Source: Peptoniphilus sp.
Lineage (GTDB): Bacteria; Bacillota; Clostridia; Tissierellales; Peptoniphilaceae
Direction of reading: 5' to 3'
Assembly: GCF_034090345.1 (NCBI RefSeq)
Contig: NZ_JAXDSS010000069.1
Span: 10,565 to 34,564 of the forward strand
Length of the DNA stretch: 24,000 bases
Shown here piece after piece: positions 1 to 7,858 of this stretch. A model generated the notes under the pieces. That model ran no database searches, was not told where the DNA came from, and saw nothing but the letters and a program-made list of their open reading frames with translations. How positions within the stretch are numbered: position 1 is the stretch's first letter; the number at the start of each line of letters is the position of its first letter. Made by a program: the position numbers and the translations under genes.

Positions 1-485
1 TTTCTTCAAAAGTTGAAACTGCAACAGGAATGGGAATAGCAGTGACTTTCGTAGTTGTTATAGCATCTGCAATTACATGGTGTTTACAAACTTTTATATT
101 AGATAAATTTGGCTTGGGATACTTACAAACAATAATGTTTATATTAGTAATAGCATCTCTTGTACAATTTGTAGAAATGGTAATTAAAAAATTATCTCCA
201 TCACTTTATACTGCAATGGGAGTTTTCCTTCCTTTGATAACAACTAACTGTATGGTTCTTGGAGTTACAGTACTTAATGTACAAAACGGATATAATTTAA
301 TTGAAACTGTAATAAGTGGACTTGGTGCTTCAATAGGATTTACAATAGCTCTTGTACTTATAGCAGCATTAAGAGAAAGACTTGTATATGCAAAAGTACC
401 TAAAGCTTTACAAGGTGTTCCTATAGCTCTTATAAGCGCTGGTCTTATGGCATTAGCATTTTCAGGCTTTTCAGGACTTGTATAG
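1..485 (+). CDS. rnfA: Rnf electron-transport complex subunit A (RnfA/RsxA), 5'-partial
   Basis: The frame is open from nt 3 (..SSKVETATGMGIAV..), so the gene runs off the left edge. Polytopic membrane protein with RnfA hallmarks GVFLPLITTNCMVLG, ALRERL and AGLMALAFSGFSGL. Followed after 11 nt by rnfB. Confidence 0.9.
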   Translation, partial: SSKVETATGMGIAVTFVVVIASAITWCLQTFILDKFGLGYLQTIMFILVIASLVQFVEMVIKKLSPSLYTAMGVFLPLITTNCMVLGVTVLNVQNGYNLIETVISGLGASIGFTIALVLIAALRERLVYAKVPKALQGVPIALISAGLMALAFSGFSGLV

Positions 486-496
486 GGGGTTAAAAA

Positions 497-1396
497 ATGA
501 ATGAAATAATTTTGCCTATTATTTGTTTAGGTATAACAGGTGCGATTTTTGGAATTTTACTTTCAATAGCATCTAAGGTATTTGCAGTTGAGCAAGATGC
601 TAGAATGGTTGCTGTAAGAAATGCACTTCCAGGAGCAAACTGTGGGGCTTGTGGATTTCCGGGATGTGATGGATTAGCTGATGCAATAGCAAAGGGAAAA
701 GCTCCTGTAACAGGATGTGTAATAGGCGGTAAAGATACTGCCGATGCAGTTGCTGATGTAATGGGAGTAAATGCTGGAGATGTTGATAGAATGGTAGCTA
801 ATGTACTTTGTCAAGGAACTTGTGGAGTTGCTAAAGACAAATACAGATATGAAGGATTAGCTGACTGCAGATTGATTTCAGATTTCCAAAAAGGATCTAA
901 AGCTTGTAATTATGGTTGTGTTGGAGGAGGCTCATGTGTAAGCGTATGTGAGTTTGATGCAATACATATAGTAGATGGAATTGCAAAAGTAGACAAGGAA
1001 AACTGTGTAGCATGTAAAAAGTGTGTGGAAATATGTCCTAAGAACTTAATTGACTTAATTCCATACAAAGCTAAAACAGTTGTAGAATGTCACTCAAATG
1101 ATATTGGTAAAGATGTTAGAGTGAAATGTGGAATAGGATGTATATCATGCGGACTTTGTGAGAAAAATTGTCCTAAAGATGCTATTCACGTAAATAACAA
1201 TTTAGCTAGTATAGATTATGAAAAATGTATAAACTGTGGAATATGTGTATCATATTGCCCAACTGGAGCTATTTTCTGTGAATATCCTGAAAGAGTAGAA
1301 AAGATAAAAGAAAAGCGTAAAGCAGATCAAGAAAAGAAAAAACAAGAAGCTTTAGAAAAAAAGAAACAAGCTGAAGAAGCGGCTTTAACTAAATAG
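497..1396 (+). CDS. rnfB: Rnf electron-transport complex subunit B (RnfB/RsxB), polyferredoxin type
   Basis: N-terminal TM helix, then CGACGFPGCDG (RnfB N-terminal Fe-S motif). Several CxxCxxCxxxCP ferredoxin motifs follow (CVACKKCVEICP, CISCGLCEKNCP, CINCGICVSYCP). GGGGG RBS lies upstream of the ATG. K/E-rich C-terminal tail. Confidence 0.9.
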   Translation: MNEIILPIICLGITGAIFGILLSIASKVFAVEQDARMVAVRNALPGANCGACGFPGCDGLADAIAKGKAPVTGCVIGGKDTADAVADVMGVNAGDVDRMVANVLCQGTCGVAKDKYRYEGLADCRLISDFQKGSKACNYGCVGGGSCVSVCEFDAIHIVDGIAKVDKENCVACKKCVEICPKNLIDLIPYKAKTVVECHSNDIGKDVRVKCGIGCISCGLCEKNCPKDAIHVNNNLASIDYEKCINCGICVSYCPTGAIFCEYPERVEKIKEKRKADQEKKKQEALEKKKQAEEAALTK

Positions 1397-1415
1397 GAAT
1401 TAAATAAAATTTGTA

Positions 1416-1440
1416 GGGTGGACATAGTTCGCCCTTTTTT
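1416..1440 (+). terminator. Rho-independent terminator after rnfB
   Basis: GGGTGGAC-ATA-GTTCGCCC forms an 8-bp stem (including G-U pairs) with a 3-nt loop. It is followed by T6 (1435-1440), 20 nt after the rnfB stop. Confidence 0.7.
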
Positions 1441-1480
1441 ATGTTTGAAATTAGGATATAAAATTTTAAAAAGGAAATAG

Positions 1481-2261
1481 ATGAAAATGCCTACACTGTT
1501 TGTTGGACATGGCAGTCAGATGATTGCAATTTAAGATAATGATATAACTACGAAATTTAAGAATATTGGAAATACAATAATCGATAAATATGGTAAACCA
1601 AAGGCAGTTTTAATGTTTTCAGCACATGGGTTTACTAGTGGGAATCTATTACAAAGTGTGAAAAATCCTAAGTAAATTTTTGATATATATGGATTCCCAA
1701 AAGAGTTATATGAAGTAGAGTATAGTCCTAAAGGTAATTGGAGCTCACTAAAAAGTTTTGGGAATTTTAGGTAATGATATATATGTAAATAATGATTGGG
1801 GAATTGACCACGGAGCTTGGTCTGTATTAATCCATGTGTTTCCAAAAGCTGATATACCAGTTGTGCAACTAAGAGTTAATAGAAATTTAAGCGAAGACGA
1901 GATTTTTAATTTAGGTTTTTAATTTAGGCAAAAAATTATCTATTTTAAGTGATGATAAATATTTAATTAAGGATAGTGGGAATATTGTACATAATTTGGC
2001 AATGGTTAAATGGGATAGTGAATTTGTAAGTGAATATGTCGATGAATTTGATGAATAAGTGAAGAAGAATATTTTAAATGGCGACTATAGTGAAATAATA
2101 AATGGAATAACGAAAAAAATTACAACTATGCAGTTTCGACCTAAAGAACATTTTTATTTATTACTATATGTACTTGAAGCAAGCATATGCAGAAGAGTAA
2201 CAATTTTTAATAATATAAAAAACTTGGATTCTATATCATGACTTCTTATTTATTTGAATAG
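1481..2261 (+). pseudogene. Decayed 4,5-DOPA-dioxygenase-extradiol-like (LigB/YgiD family) gene
   Basis: Family-typical segments are readable but scattered over three frames: [98 protein letters not shown]. In-frame TAA codons at 1532, 1673 and 2056. Frame changes near 1739-1755. A 13-bp tandem duplication at 1903-1928. The 3' end is approximate (TGA 2239-2241 or TAG 2259-2261, depending on frame). Confidence 0.75.
1903..1928 (+). repeat. Perfect 13-bp tandem duplication (TTTTTAATTTAGG x2) inside the pseudogene
   Basis: Read directly: gaga-TTTTTAATTTAGG-TTTTTAATTTAGG-caaaaaa. Deleting one copy rejoins ..EIFNLG with KKLSILSDDKYLIKDSGNIVHNL.. in one frame. Confidence 0.9.
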
Positions 2262-2302
2262 AAATTAAAAAACATTATTAATAATATAAATAATTTTTTT
2301 AG

Positions 2303-2313
2303 TGTGATATAAT
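2303..2313 (+). promoter_or_regulatory. Candidate extended -10 promoter (TGTGATATAAT) for the NusG_II-to-pilin gene string
   Basis: TGTGaTATAAT matches the Firmicute extended -10 consensus TRTGnTATAAT. There is no good -35. It would give a very short leader before the GAGGTG RBS at 2320. Confidence 0.35.
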
Positions 2314-2330
2314 TTTATTGAGGTGCATAT

Positions 2331-2723
2331 ATGAAAAAAGGAGATTATATAATTGTTGCCTTAATTTTATTGTTATCAACAGGAATTTTTTTAGTATCTA
2401 AAAATTCTGTAGTAGAAGCTGCAGAGAAAGAGGTTGTAGTAAGTGTTAATGGTAAGGTTGAGGCAAGATATACGCTCAGTGAAAAAGAAAAACTTTATAC
2501 AATAGATAATAAATATGGTAAAAATACTTTTGCAATAACTAGCGATGGAGTACATATGGTTGAGTCTGATTGTAAAGATCAAATTTGTATTCATATGGGT
2601 CATATAACTAGGGCTGGAGAATCTATTATATGTCTACCAAATAGATTGATAATTTCATTAGTGAATGCAAATGCGGACAATGATGTTAAAGACACAAGAG
2701 AAGTGGATGTGGTACTACATTGA
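2331..2723 (+). CDS. NusG domain II-containing membrane-anchored protein (former DUF1312)
   Basis: GAGGTG RBS. N-terminal TM helix, then the family-typical C-terminal block SDCKDQICIHMGHITRAGESIICLPNRLII. Overlaps the partner Gx transporter gene by 4 nt, which is the usual pairing. Confidence 0.7.
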   Translation: MKKGDYIIVALILLLSTGIFLVSKNSVVEAAEKEVVVSVNGKVEARYTLSEKEKLYTIDNKYGKNTFAITSDGVHMVESDCKDQICIHMGHITRAGESIICLPNRLIISLVNANADNDVKDTREVDVVLH

Positions 2724-3235
2724 GAATTAAAAAGATGATTTTTTTATCACTACTTGTGTCTTTAGGCTTAGTCATTGGTTTATTTGAAATGATGTTGCCA
2801 ACACCAGCTGCAATACCTGGAGCTAAATTAGGTCTTTCAAATATGGTAGTTTTAATAACTATTTTATTTTTTGGTAATAGAGAAGGTATAGTAGTTGCGG
2901 CTTTGAAATCAATCTTATTAGTTATAGTAACAGGGTCAGTAACAAGCTTTATTTTTTCTTTTACGGGAGCTATGTTGAGTACGGTAAGCATGTCTTTGGC
3001 AAATAGCTTCTTAAAAAAATATATATCTACAGTTGGGATTAGCTTAATAGGCTCAGCGTTTCATAATATGGGGCAAGTTTTAGCAGCGTGTATAGTGTTA
3101 AATACATTTAGTATAATTTCATATTTACCATTGTTATTAGTGCTCGGAATTTTTACAGGATATTTTGTTGGGGTAGCCAGTGAGTACTCAGTTAAAAATT
3201 TGAGTGTTACTTTTAAGGGGAATATTAATGAATAG
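2720..3235 (+). CDS. Gx transporter family protein (Pfam Hpre_diP_synt_I, 'heptaprenyl diphosphate synthase component I' misnomer family)
   Basis: Small polytopic membrane protein (171 aa) with N-terminal LSLLVSLGLVIGLFE and GAKLGLSNMVVL. TTG start at 2720 overlaps the upstream TGA; the alternative ATG is at 2735. Confidence 0.7.
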   Translation: MRIKKMIFLSLLVSLGLVIGLFEMMLPTPAAIPGAKLGLSNMVVLITILFFGNREGIVVAALKSILLVIVTGSVTSFIFSFTGAMLSTVSMSLANSFLKKYISTVGISLIGSAFHNMGQVLAACIVLNTFSIISYLPLLLVLGIFTGYFVGVASEYSVKNLSVTFKGNINE

Positions 3236-3809
3236 AAGAATAGTTCTCGCATCGAATTCGCCTCGTCGAAAAGAAATGCTTACAGAATTTATAGATTTTG
3301 AAGTTATCAGCAAATTTATAGATGAAACATATGATGAAAGTAAATCTGAACATGTAAATGTTATGTCTATAGCTTTTAATAAAGCGTATGAAGTAGCAAA
3401 GGAAAATGAAAATGCCATTGTAGTTGCAGCGGATACTTTAGTTTATAAAGATAGACCGTTAGGCAAACCTAAGGATAGAGAAGATGCAAAAAAAATGTTG
3501 TTAAGTCTTTCTGGTACTATACATGATGTATTGACAGGTTGTGCAATAATTTGCATGGAAGAAAACTACAAAAAGATATTTTATGAGAGAACACAGGTTA
3601 AGTTTAAAAAATTGAGTGAAATACAAATAGAAAAGTATTTAGATACTTTGGAATATGTAGATAAAGCGGGAGCTTATGGTATTCAAAGATATGGAAGCCT
3701 ATTAATAGAGTCTGTAAAAGGCGATTTCTTCAATGTTGTAGGGCTTCCGATATCGAGATTGTATGATGTGTTAGATGCTGATTTTGATGTAGATTTTTTA
3801 AAGAGGTAG
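3228..3809 (+). CDS. maf: Maf-like nucleoside triphosphate pyrophosphatase (septum formation protein Maf)
   Basis: MNRRIVLASNSPRRKEML at the N-terminus, plus AGAYGIQ and VVGLP motifs. AAGGGG RBS lies before ATG 3228, so the ORF-track start at 3204 (GTG) is probably too early. Overlaps the upstream gene by 8 nt. Confidence 0.9.
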   Translation: MNRRIVLASNSPRRKEMLTEFIDFEVISKFIDETYDESKSEHVNVMSIAFNKAYEVAKENENAIVVAADTLVYKDRPLGKPKDREDAKKMLLSLSGTIHDVLTGCAIICMEENYKKIFYERTQVKFKKLSEIQIEKYLDTLEYVDKAGAYGIQRYGSLLIESVKGDFFNVVGLPISRLYDVLDADFDVDFLKR

Positions 3810-3812
3810 ACT

Positions 3813-4529
3813 ATGCAAGAGAATTTTAGTATTAAAGAAATGCCTGAAGAAGATAGACCTGAGGAAAAATGTTTGAAACTAGGGACGGAAGCGCTCTCTA
3901 ATGCTGAATTACTTGCACTGATAATAAGAACAGGGAACAAATCTAAGACATCTGTGGAATTATCCCAAGAAATATTAAATAAATTTAGTTATAAGGATGA
4001 ATATGGGTTCGAACATAGGGGAATAAGTGCATTAAAAAATATAAGGATATCTGACTTGACTGCTATAAATGGAATAGGAAAGAGTAAAGCTTGTATGATA
4101 CTTGCAGCTGTTACTTTGGCAAAGAGGATGAGTCAAGAGTCTGTATTTAAAAAGACAAAGGTGAATTCGCCATCTAAAATAGCTAGTTATGTAATGGAAG
4201 ATATGTGCAGTTTGAAAGTGGAAGAGTTTAAAATAGCAATATTAAATACAAAAAAAGAATTAGAAGTGATAAAAAATATATCAACTGGTTCAATGGATAT
4301 GACAGTCGTACATCCAAGAGAGGTTTTTAAAACTGCCATAGATTACTCTGCGCATACAATTATAGCAATACATAATCATCCTTCAGGAGATATAACGCCA
4401 TCAACAGAAGACATAGCTTTAACGAAGAGATTAAAAGAGGTTGGCAATATAATTGGTATTGAACTTGTGGATCATATAATAATAGGTAATAGAGTTTATT
4501 ACAGTTTTTTGGAGAATGGATTAATATGA
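3813..4529 (+). CDS. radC: RadC-family JAB-domain protein
   Basis: LSNAELLALIIRTG N-terminal HhH-like region and C-terminal JAMM-type motif HNHPSGDITPSTEDIALTKRL. Canonical position directly after maf. Confidence 0.9.
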   Translation: MQENFSIKEMPEEDRPEEKCLKLGTEALSNAELLALIIRTGNKSKTSVELSQEILNKFSYKDEYGFEHRGISALKNIRISDLTAINGIGKSKACMILAAVTLAKRMSQESVFKKTKVNSPSKIASYVMEDMCSLKVEEFKIAILNTKKELEVIKNISTGSMDMTVVHPREVFKTAIDYSAHTIIAIHNHPSGDITPSTEDIALTKRLKEVGNIIGIELVDHIIIGNRVYYSFLENGLI

Positions 4530-5575
4530 AGTATTATGTGGATTCACATGAAAATTTAATCATAGGATACGATAATAAAATAGAAAAAATTATAATATTA
4601 GATGACCCAATAAATAATATTTACAGAGGTAGTGTTCAAAAAAAAGTGAAGGGAATTGGAACTTTTATAGATTTGGGAGATTACATAGGATTCACTCAAG
4701 AAAAAATATCTCAGAGCGAAGGGGAAAGTGTAATAGTTAAAGTAATAAAAGTTCCAAGCGAAAAAGAAAAAGCATTAAAAGTAAGTAGAAAAATTTCTGT
4801 AACAGGTAATGCTATGATTGTATTTGATGATGACTTTATAAAAGTATCATCAAAAATTAACGCTGAGATGAGAAATAATTTATTAAATTTTGCTGAACAC
4901 AACTCTTTTAAGGGAGTATTATTTAGAACTGAAGCTCAAAATATTGCTTTTGAGTCACTAAAAGAAGAATACACTGATTTAAAAGAAAAATTGAATTTAC
5001 TAGAATTAGAAAAAGATAGGTTACCAAGCCCAAAGTTATTATATAAAGAGCCAATAGTTAATAGAATAAATTTAAAGGAAAATGAAGAAATATTATTTAA
5101 TGATTTGGAACTTTTTAAGCTTTATAAAAATCTAGTAAATTCAGAGTTTGATGCTGAGTTTAGTATTAAATACATACCTGAATTGGTTAGAGAATTAAAT
5201 GTTTTAAAGGGTAGAGAAGTTGCCCTACCTGATGGAGGAAATATAACCATTGAAAAGACATTGGCTTTTACTGTAATAGATGTAAATTCAAAGGGTTATA
5301 ATGCTATAAATAACCATGAAGTTGTGAGAAAAATAAATTTAGATGCAACTAAAGAAATCGTGAGGCAAATTTTACTTAGAAATATTTCGGGAGCTATAAT
5401 TGTAGATTATATAGATTCAGATGAACAAATCAAGAAAGAAGTTATAAATTTGTTAAGGAAAGAATTAAAACAAGATGGTAAAAATACTACTGTGCATGGC
5501 TTTACTAGAATGGGATTGTTGGAAATGTCTAGAAAAAATAGAGGAGAAGAATTAAGTAATATATGGATAGAATAG
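4526..5575 (+). CDS. Short ribonuclease E/G family protein (S1 + catalytic core, no Zn-link or small domain)
   Basis: S1-like NIYRGSVQKKVKGIGTFIDLGDYIGF. GVLFRTEA aligns with the RNase E 5'-sensor GLIVRTAG. VIDVNSKG and GAIIVDYIDS align with the two Mg-binding Asp blocks. FTRMGLLEMSRKNRG aligns with ISRFGLLEMSRQR. The protein ends about 10 aa after that block and contains no Cys. ATGA overlap with radC. Confidence 0.7.
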   Translation: MKYYVDSHENLIIGYDNKIEKIIILDDPINNIYRGSVQKKVKGIGTFIDLGDYIGFTQEKISQSEGESVIVKVIKVPSEKEKALKVSRKISVTGNAMIVFDDDFIKVSSKINAEMRNNLLNFAEHNSFKGVLFRTEAQNIAFESLKEEYTDLKEKLNLLELEKDRLPSPKLLYKEPIVNRINLKENEEILFNDLELFKLYKNLVNSEFDAEFSIKYIPELVRELNVLKGREVALPDGGNITIEKTLAFTVIDVNSKGYNAINNHEVVRKINLDATKEIVRQILLRNISGAIIVDYIDSDEQIKKEVINLLRKELKQDGKNTTVHGFTRMGLLEMSRKNRGEELSNIWIE

Positions 5576-6099
5576 TAGTAAATATTGTTGGTGATTCTAT
5601 AGTTAATGGTTTTGGTGTTAAGGGCAATTCATTTTCAAAGATAGAGTCTGATAAAATATTATTTAATAATTTTGGCGTGAATGGAGAAACGTCCTCAAGT
5701 GTTCTAGATAGAATTGATAATTTATTAGATTGTGATTTATTGGTGTTATTTTACGGGTTAAACGATTTTCTTAATGGTATGCCGGTAAAATATGTAGTTG
5801 AAAATACTGAAAAAATTTTGCGTAAGTCAAAATCAAAAGTATTAGTATGTATACCACATATGGTGGATACAAATGAGCTGAGATTTATTTTTAATCCGGG
5901 CGGAATAAATAGAAAGTTAGAAAAATTACATGATGAATATTTAAAATTGAATTTTAGTAATTTTAAAATTCTGAATTTTTATAAGTTAGTGAAAGATATT
6001 GAACTTTTTGACGGAATTCATCCTAATGAAAAAACACATGAAGATATGAAAAAATTATTTTTAGAATTTTTAGAGGTGAACTATGGATTTTATAAATAA
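5563..6099 (+). CDS. SGNH/GDSL-family hydrolase
   Basis: All four SGNH blocks are present: VGDSIVNG (I), GVNGETS (II), YGLNDF (III), DGIHPN..H (V). Overlaps the upstream gene by 13 nt and the downstream gene by 17 nt. Confidence 0.75.
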   Translation: MDRIVVNIVGDSIVNGFGVKGNSFSKIESDKILFNNFGVNGETSSSVLDRIDNLLDCDLLVLFYGLNDFLNGMPVKYVVENTEKILRKSKSKVLVCIPHMVDTNELRFIFNPGGINRKLEKLHDEYLKLNFSNFKILNFYKLVKDIELFDGIHPNEKTHEDMKKLFLEFLEVNYGFYK

Positions 6100-7120
6100 G
6101 CTTAACAAAAGGGAAAAGGTTTTATTAATTGTTTTGGTGGTTTTGATTTTTGAAATGCTGATATATTCGTTAGTATTTTCTGAAAAAGTAAAAAACATTG
6201 AAGCATATAAATATAAAATAGAAAATACTAAATTAGACTTAAAAGATATTAAATTAAAAAGTGAAATTAGAGACTCGGATAAAGAAAATGTCGTAGTAAA
6301 AAGAGAAGATAATGAAGGGTTTATAAAAGAATTTCCACAAGCTGCAATAAGCACTGTCGAAGAAAATAAAATAATAGACATACCATTAAAGAAAGAAGAA
6401 CTTTTTAAGTTATTAAATTTGTCTGATTATTATAGTTACGATAATGCAACTTTAACTCAAGATTTTGAGGGATATAGAATAACTTTCACTTTCAAGAGTG
6501 ATAGTTCTTCTATATTACCGCAAATAGTGGCATCTGAAGGGGATATAAAGAGTAAAATTTTTAAAGAAAAATTAGATGAGAAAGATAAAAATAATAACAT
6601 TATATCTGCACTTAATGAATCTAAAAGTGTAAAAGAAAATAAATCAGAAAGTAAGAAAGTAGATAAAGAAGGAAATGTATTATCAACTTCAAAACAAGAA
6701 AATAAAATCGAAAGTATACCAAAAAAAGAAATAATAGAAAATATTGAAGCTTTAGGGAATGAAAAAGTACACAGCAATTTCAATATAAATGCTGAAGATT
6801 GTATGTTATTAAAAAATAATGAGTCATCAGAAGCTATGATAAGTGCTATGGAAAATGGATTTAATTTATATTATAAGACTAAAGGAGAGTCTACTTTAGA
6901 TATTGTGTTGAATAGAGTAGAGTATTTAAAAAAAATAAAAATCTATGTTTATTCATATTTAGATACAAAAACATTATTAGAAATTAAGGGCGGAGAGTAT
7001 ATTATCTCTAGAGGGAAAAATGAAATTGAATTGACAAATGATAATATAGACAAGATAAGCTTGAAATCAATTAGTGATGAAGAAAATTTATTATCTTTTG
7101 TAATCGAAGGTGAATTATGA
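6083..7120 (+). CDS. Bitopic membrane protein, PilO-like N-terminal half plus uncharacterised C-terminal domain
   Basis: Short cytoplasmic N-terminus (MDFINKLNKREK), one TM helix (VLLIVLVVLIFEMLIYSLVF), then a coiled-coil-like segment as in PilO. Next comes a K/E/S/N-rich linker and a roughly 120-aa beta-rich-looking C-terminus. Sits directly upstream of the pilin genes with an ATGA overlap. The functional call is tentative. Confidence 0.45.
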   Translation: MDFINKLNKREKVLLIVLVVLIFEMLIYSLVFSEKVKNIEAYKYKIENTKLDLKDIKLKSEIRDSDKENVVVKREDNEGFIKEFPQAAISTVEENKIIDIPLKKEELFKLLNLSDYYSYDNATLTQDFEGYRITFTFKSDSSSILPQIVASEGDIKSKIFKEKLDEKDKNNNIISALNESKSVKENKSESKKVDKEGNVLSTSKQENKIESIPKKEIIENIEALGNEKVHSNFNINAEDCMLLKNNESSEAMISAMENGFNLYYKTKGESTLDIVLNRVEYLKKIKIYVYSYLDTKTLLEIKGGEYIISRGKNEIELTNDNIDKISLKSISDEENLLSFVIEGEL

Positions 7121-7542
7121 AAAAAGGATTCACTTTGATTGAAATAGCAGTGGTTTTAGGGATATTAGTTATACTGATGGGAATATCAATACAAAGTATT
7201 TATGGAATTAAAGCATATAAGCAAAAACTTGCAGTTAAAAATTTTGTATCAGATTTAAATTCAGCTAGAGGATATGCTGTAGCAAATAACAAAAAAGTTT
7301 CAGTCAAAATTTCAGAGGATTATTATAGTTACGAAGTCAATGATGATTTTATTTTGCAAAAATTACCGGAAGGACTTATTTTAGAACCTGAAACTAAAGA
7401 ATACAAGGATATAGTTTTTACAAGAAAAGGAGTTTCATCAAGAGAAGCTGGAAGAACTATAAATTTTAAAACTGAAAGAAAAACATATACAGTAACCATA
7501 TCTCCGGTAAGTGGAAAGGTGAGATTGAGCAGTGGAAACTAA
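7117..7542 (+). CDS. Prepilin-type minor pilin, GspH/FimT/ComGD-like
   Basis: Class III signal MKKG|FTLIEIAVVLGILVIL (Gly-1, Phe+1, Glu+5). GspH-like FVSDLNSARGYAVANNKKVSV follows the helix. GAAGGTGA RBS. Confidence 0.8.
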   Translation: MKKGFTLIEIAVVLGILVILMGISIQSIYGIKAYKQKLAVKNFVSDLNSARGYAVANNKKVSVKISEDYYSYEVNDDFILQKLPEGLILEPETKEYKDIVFTRKGVSSREAGRTINFKTERKTYTVTISPVSGKVRLSSGN

Positions 7543-7858
7543 GAAAGGATATACTCTAATAGAGTTAGTGATAGCAATAGGAATAGTTATAATACTTGGG
7601 ACTTCAATCATCTCAGCATATATAAATTTAAACAAATCAAGAGTGTCGATTTATGAAATTCAAGATGCGAGCAATAAATTGCAAAATGCAATGGAAAATG
7701 CAATTGTTAATATAAAAAATGGCAACTCAAATGTAGAATATGAAGATGTGGATGTAAAGTTAAAAAAAGTTTCAGATGATTTATTTGAAGTAAGAGTAAG
7801 TTTTGGAGAAAAGTATGAGCTTAAAAAGTTGGTCAAAAAAGGGGTTTACTCTGATTGA
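7532..7858 (+). CDS. Prepilin-type minor pilin (small, ComGE/GspI-size)
   Basis: GTG start with AAGGTGAG RBS 8 nt upstream. Signal METKKG|YTLIELVIAIGIVIIL with Glu+5. 108 aa. Confidence 0.75.
   Translation: METKKGYTLIELVIAIGIVIILGTSIISAYINLNKSRVSIYEIQDASNKLQNAMENAIVNIKNGNSNVEYEDVDVKLKKVSDDLFEVRVSFGEKYELKKLVKKGVYSD

Noticed and set aside
1531-1845. 104-aa ORF on the - strand
   Set aside because: It lies entirely antisense to the dioxygenase pseudogene, whose + strand homology explains the region. It has no RBS and no recognisable motifs, and its composition is typical of shadow ORFs in AT-rich DNA.
2059-2241. 60-aa + strand ORF as an independent gene
   Set aside because: It is the C-terminal fragment of the decayed dioxygenase gene (..RPKEHFYLLLYVLEA..). 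It begins at a GTG immediately after an in-frame TAA at 2056.
1481-2261. Programmed frameshifting or stop-codon readthrough as an explanation for the broken dioxygenase gene
   Set aside because: There are at least three nonsense codons and at least three independent frame changes, including a slippage duplication. That is far too many lesions for recoding, so ordinary gene decay is the parsimonious reading.
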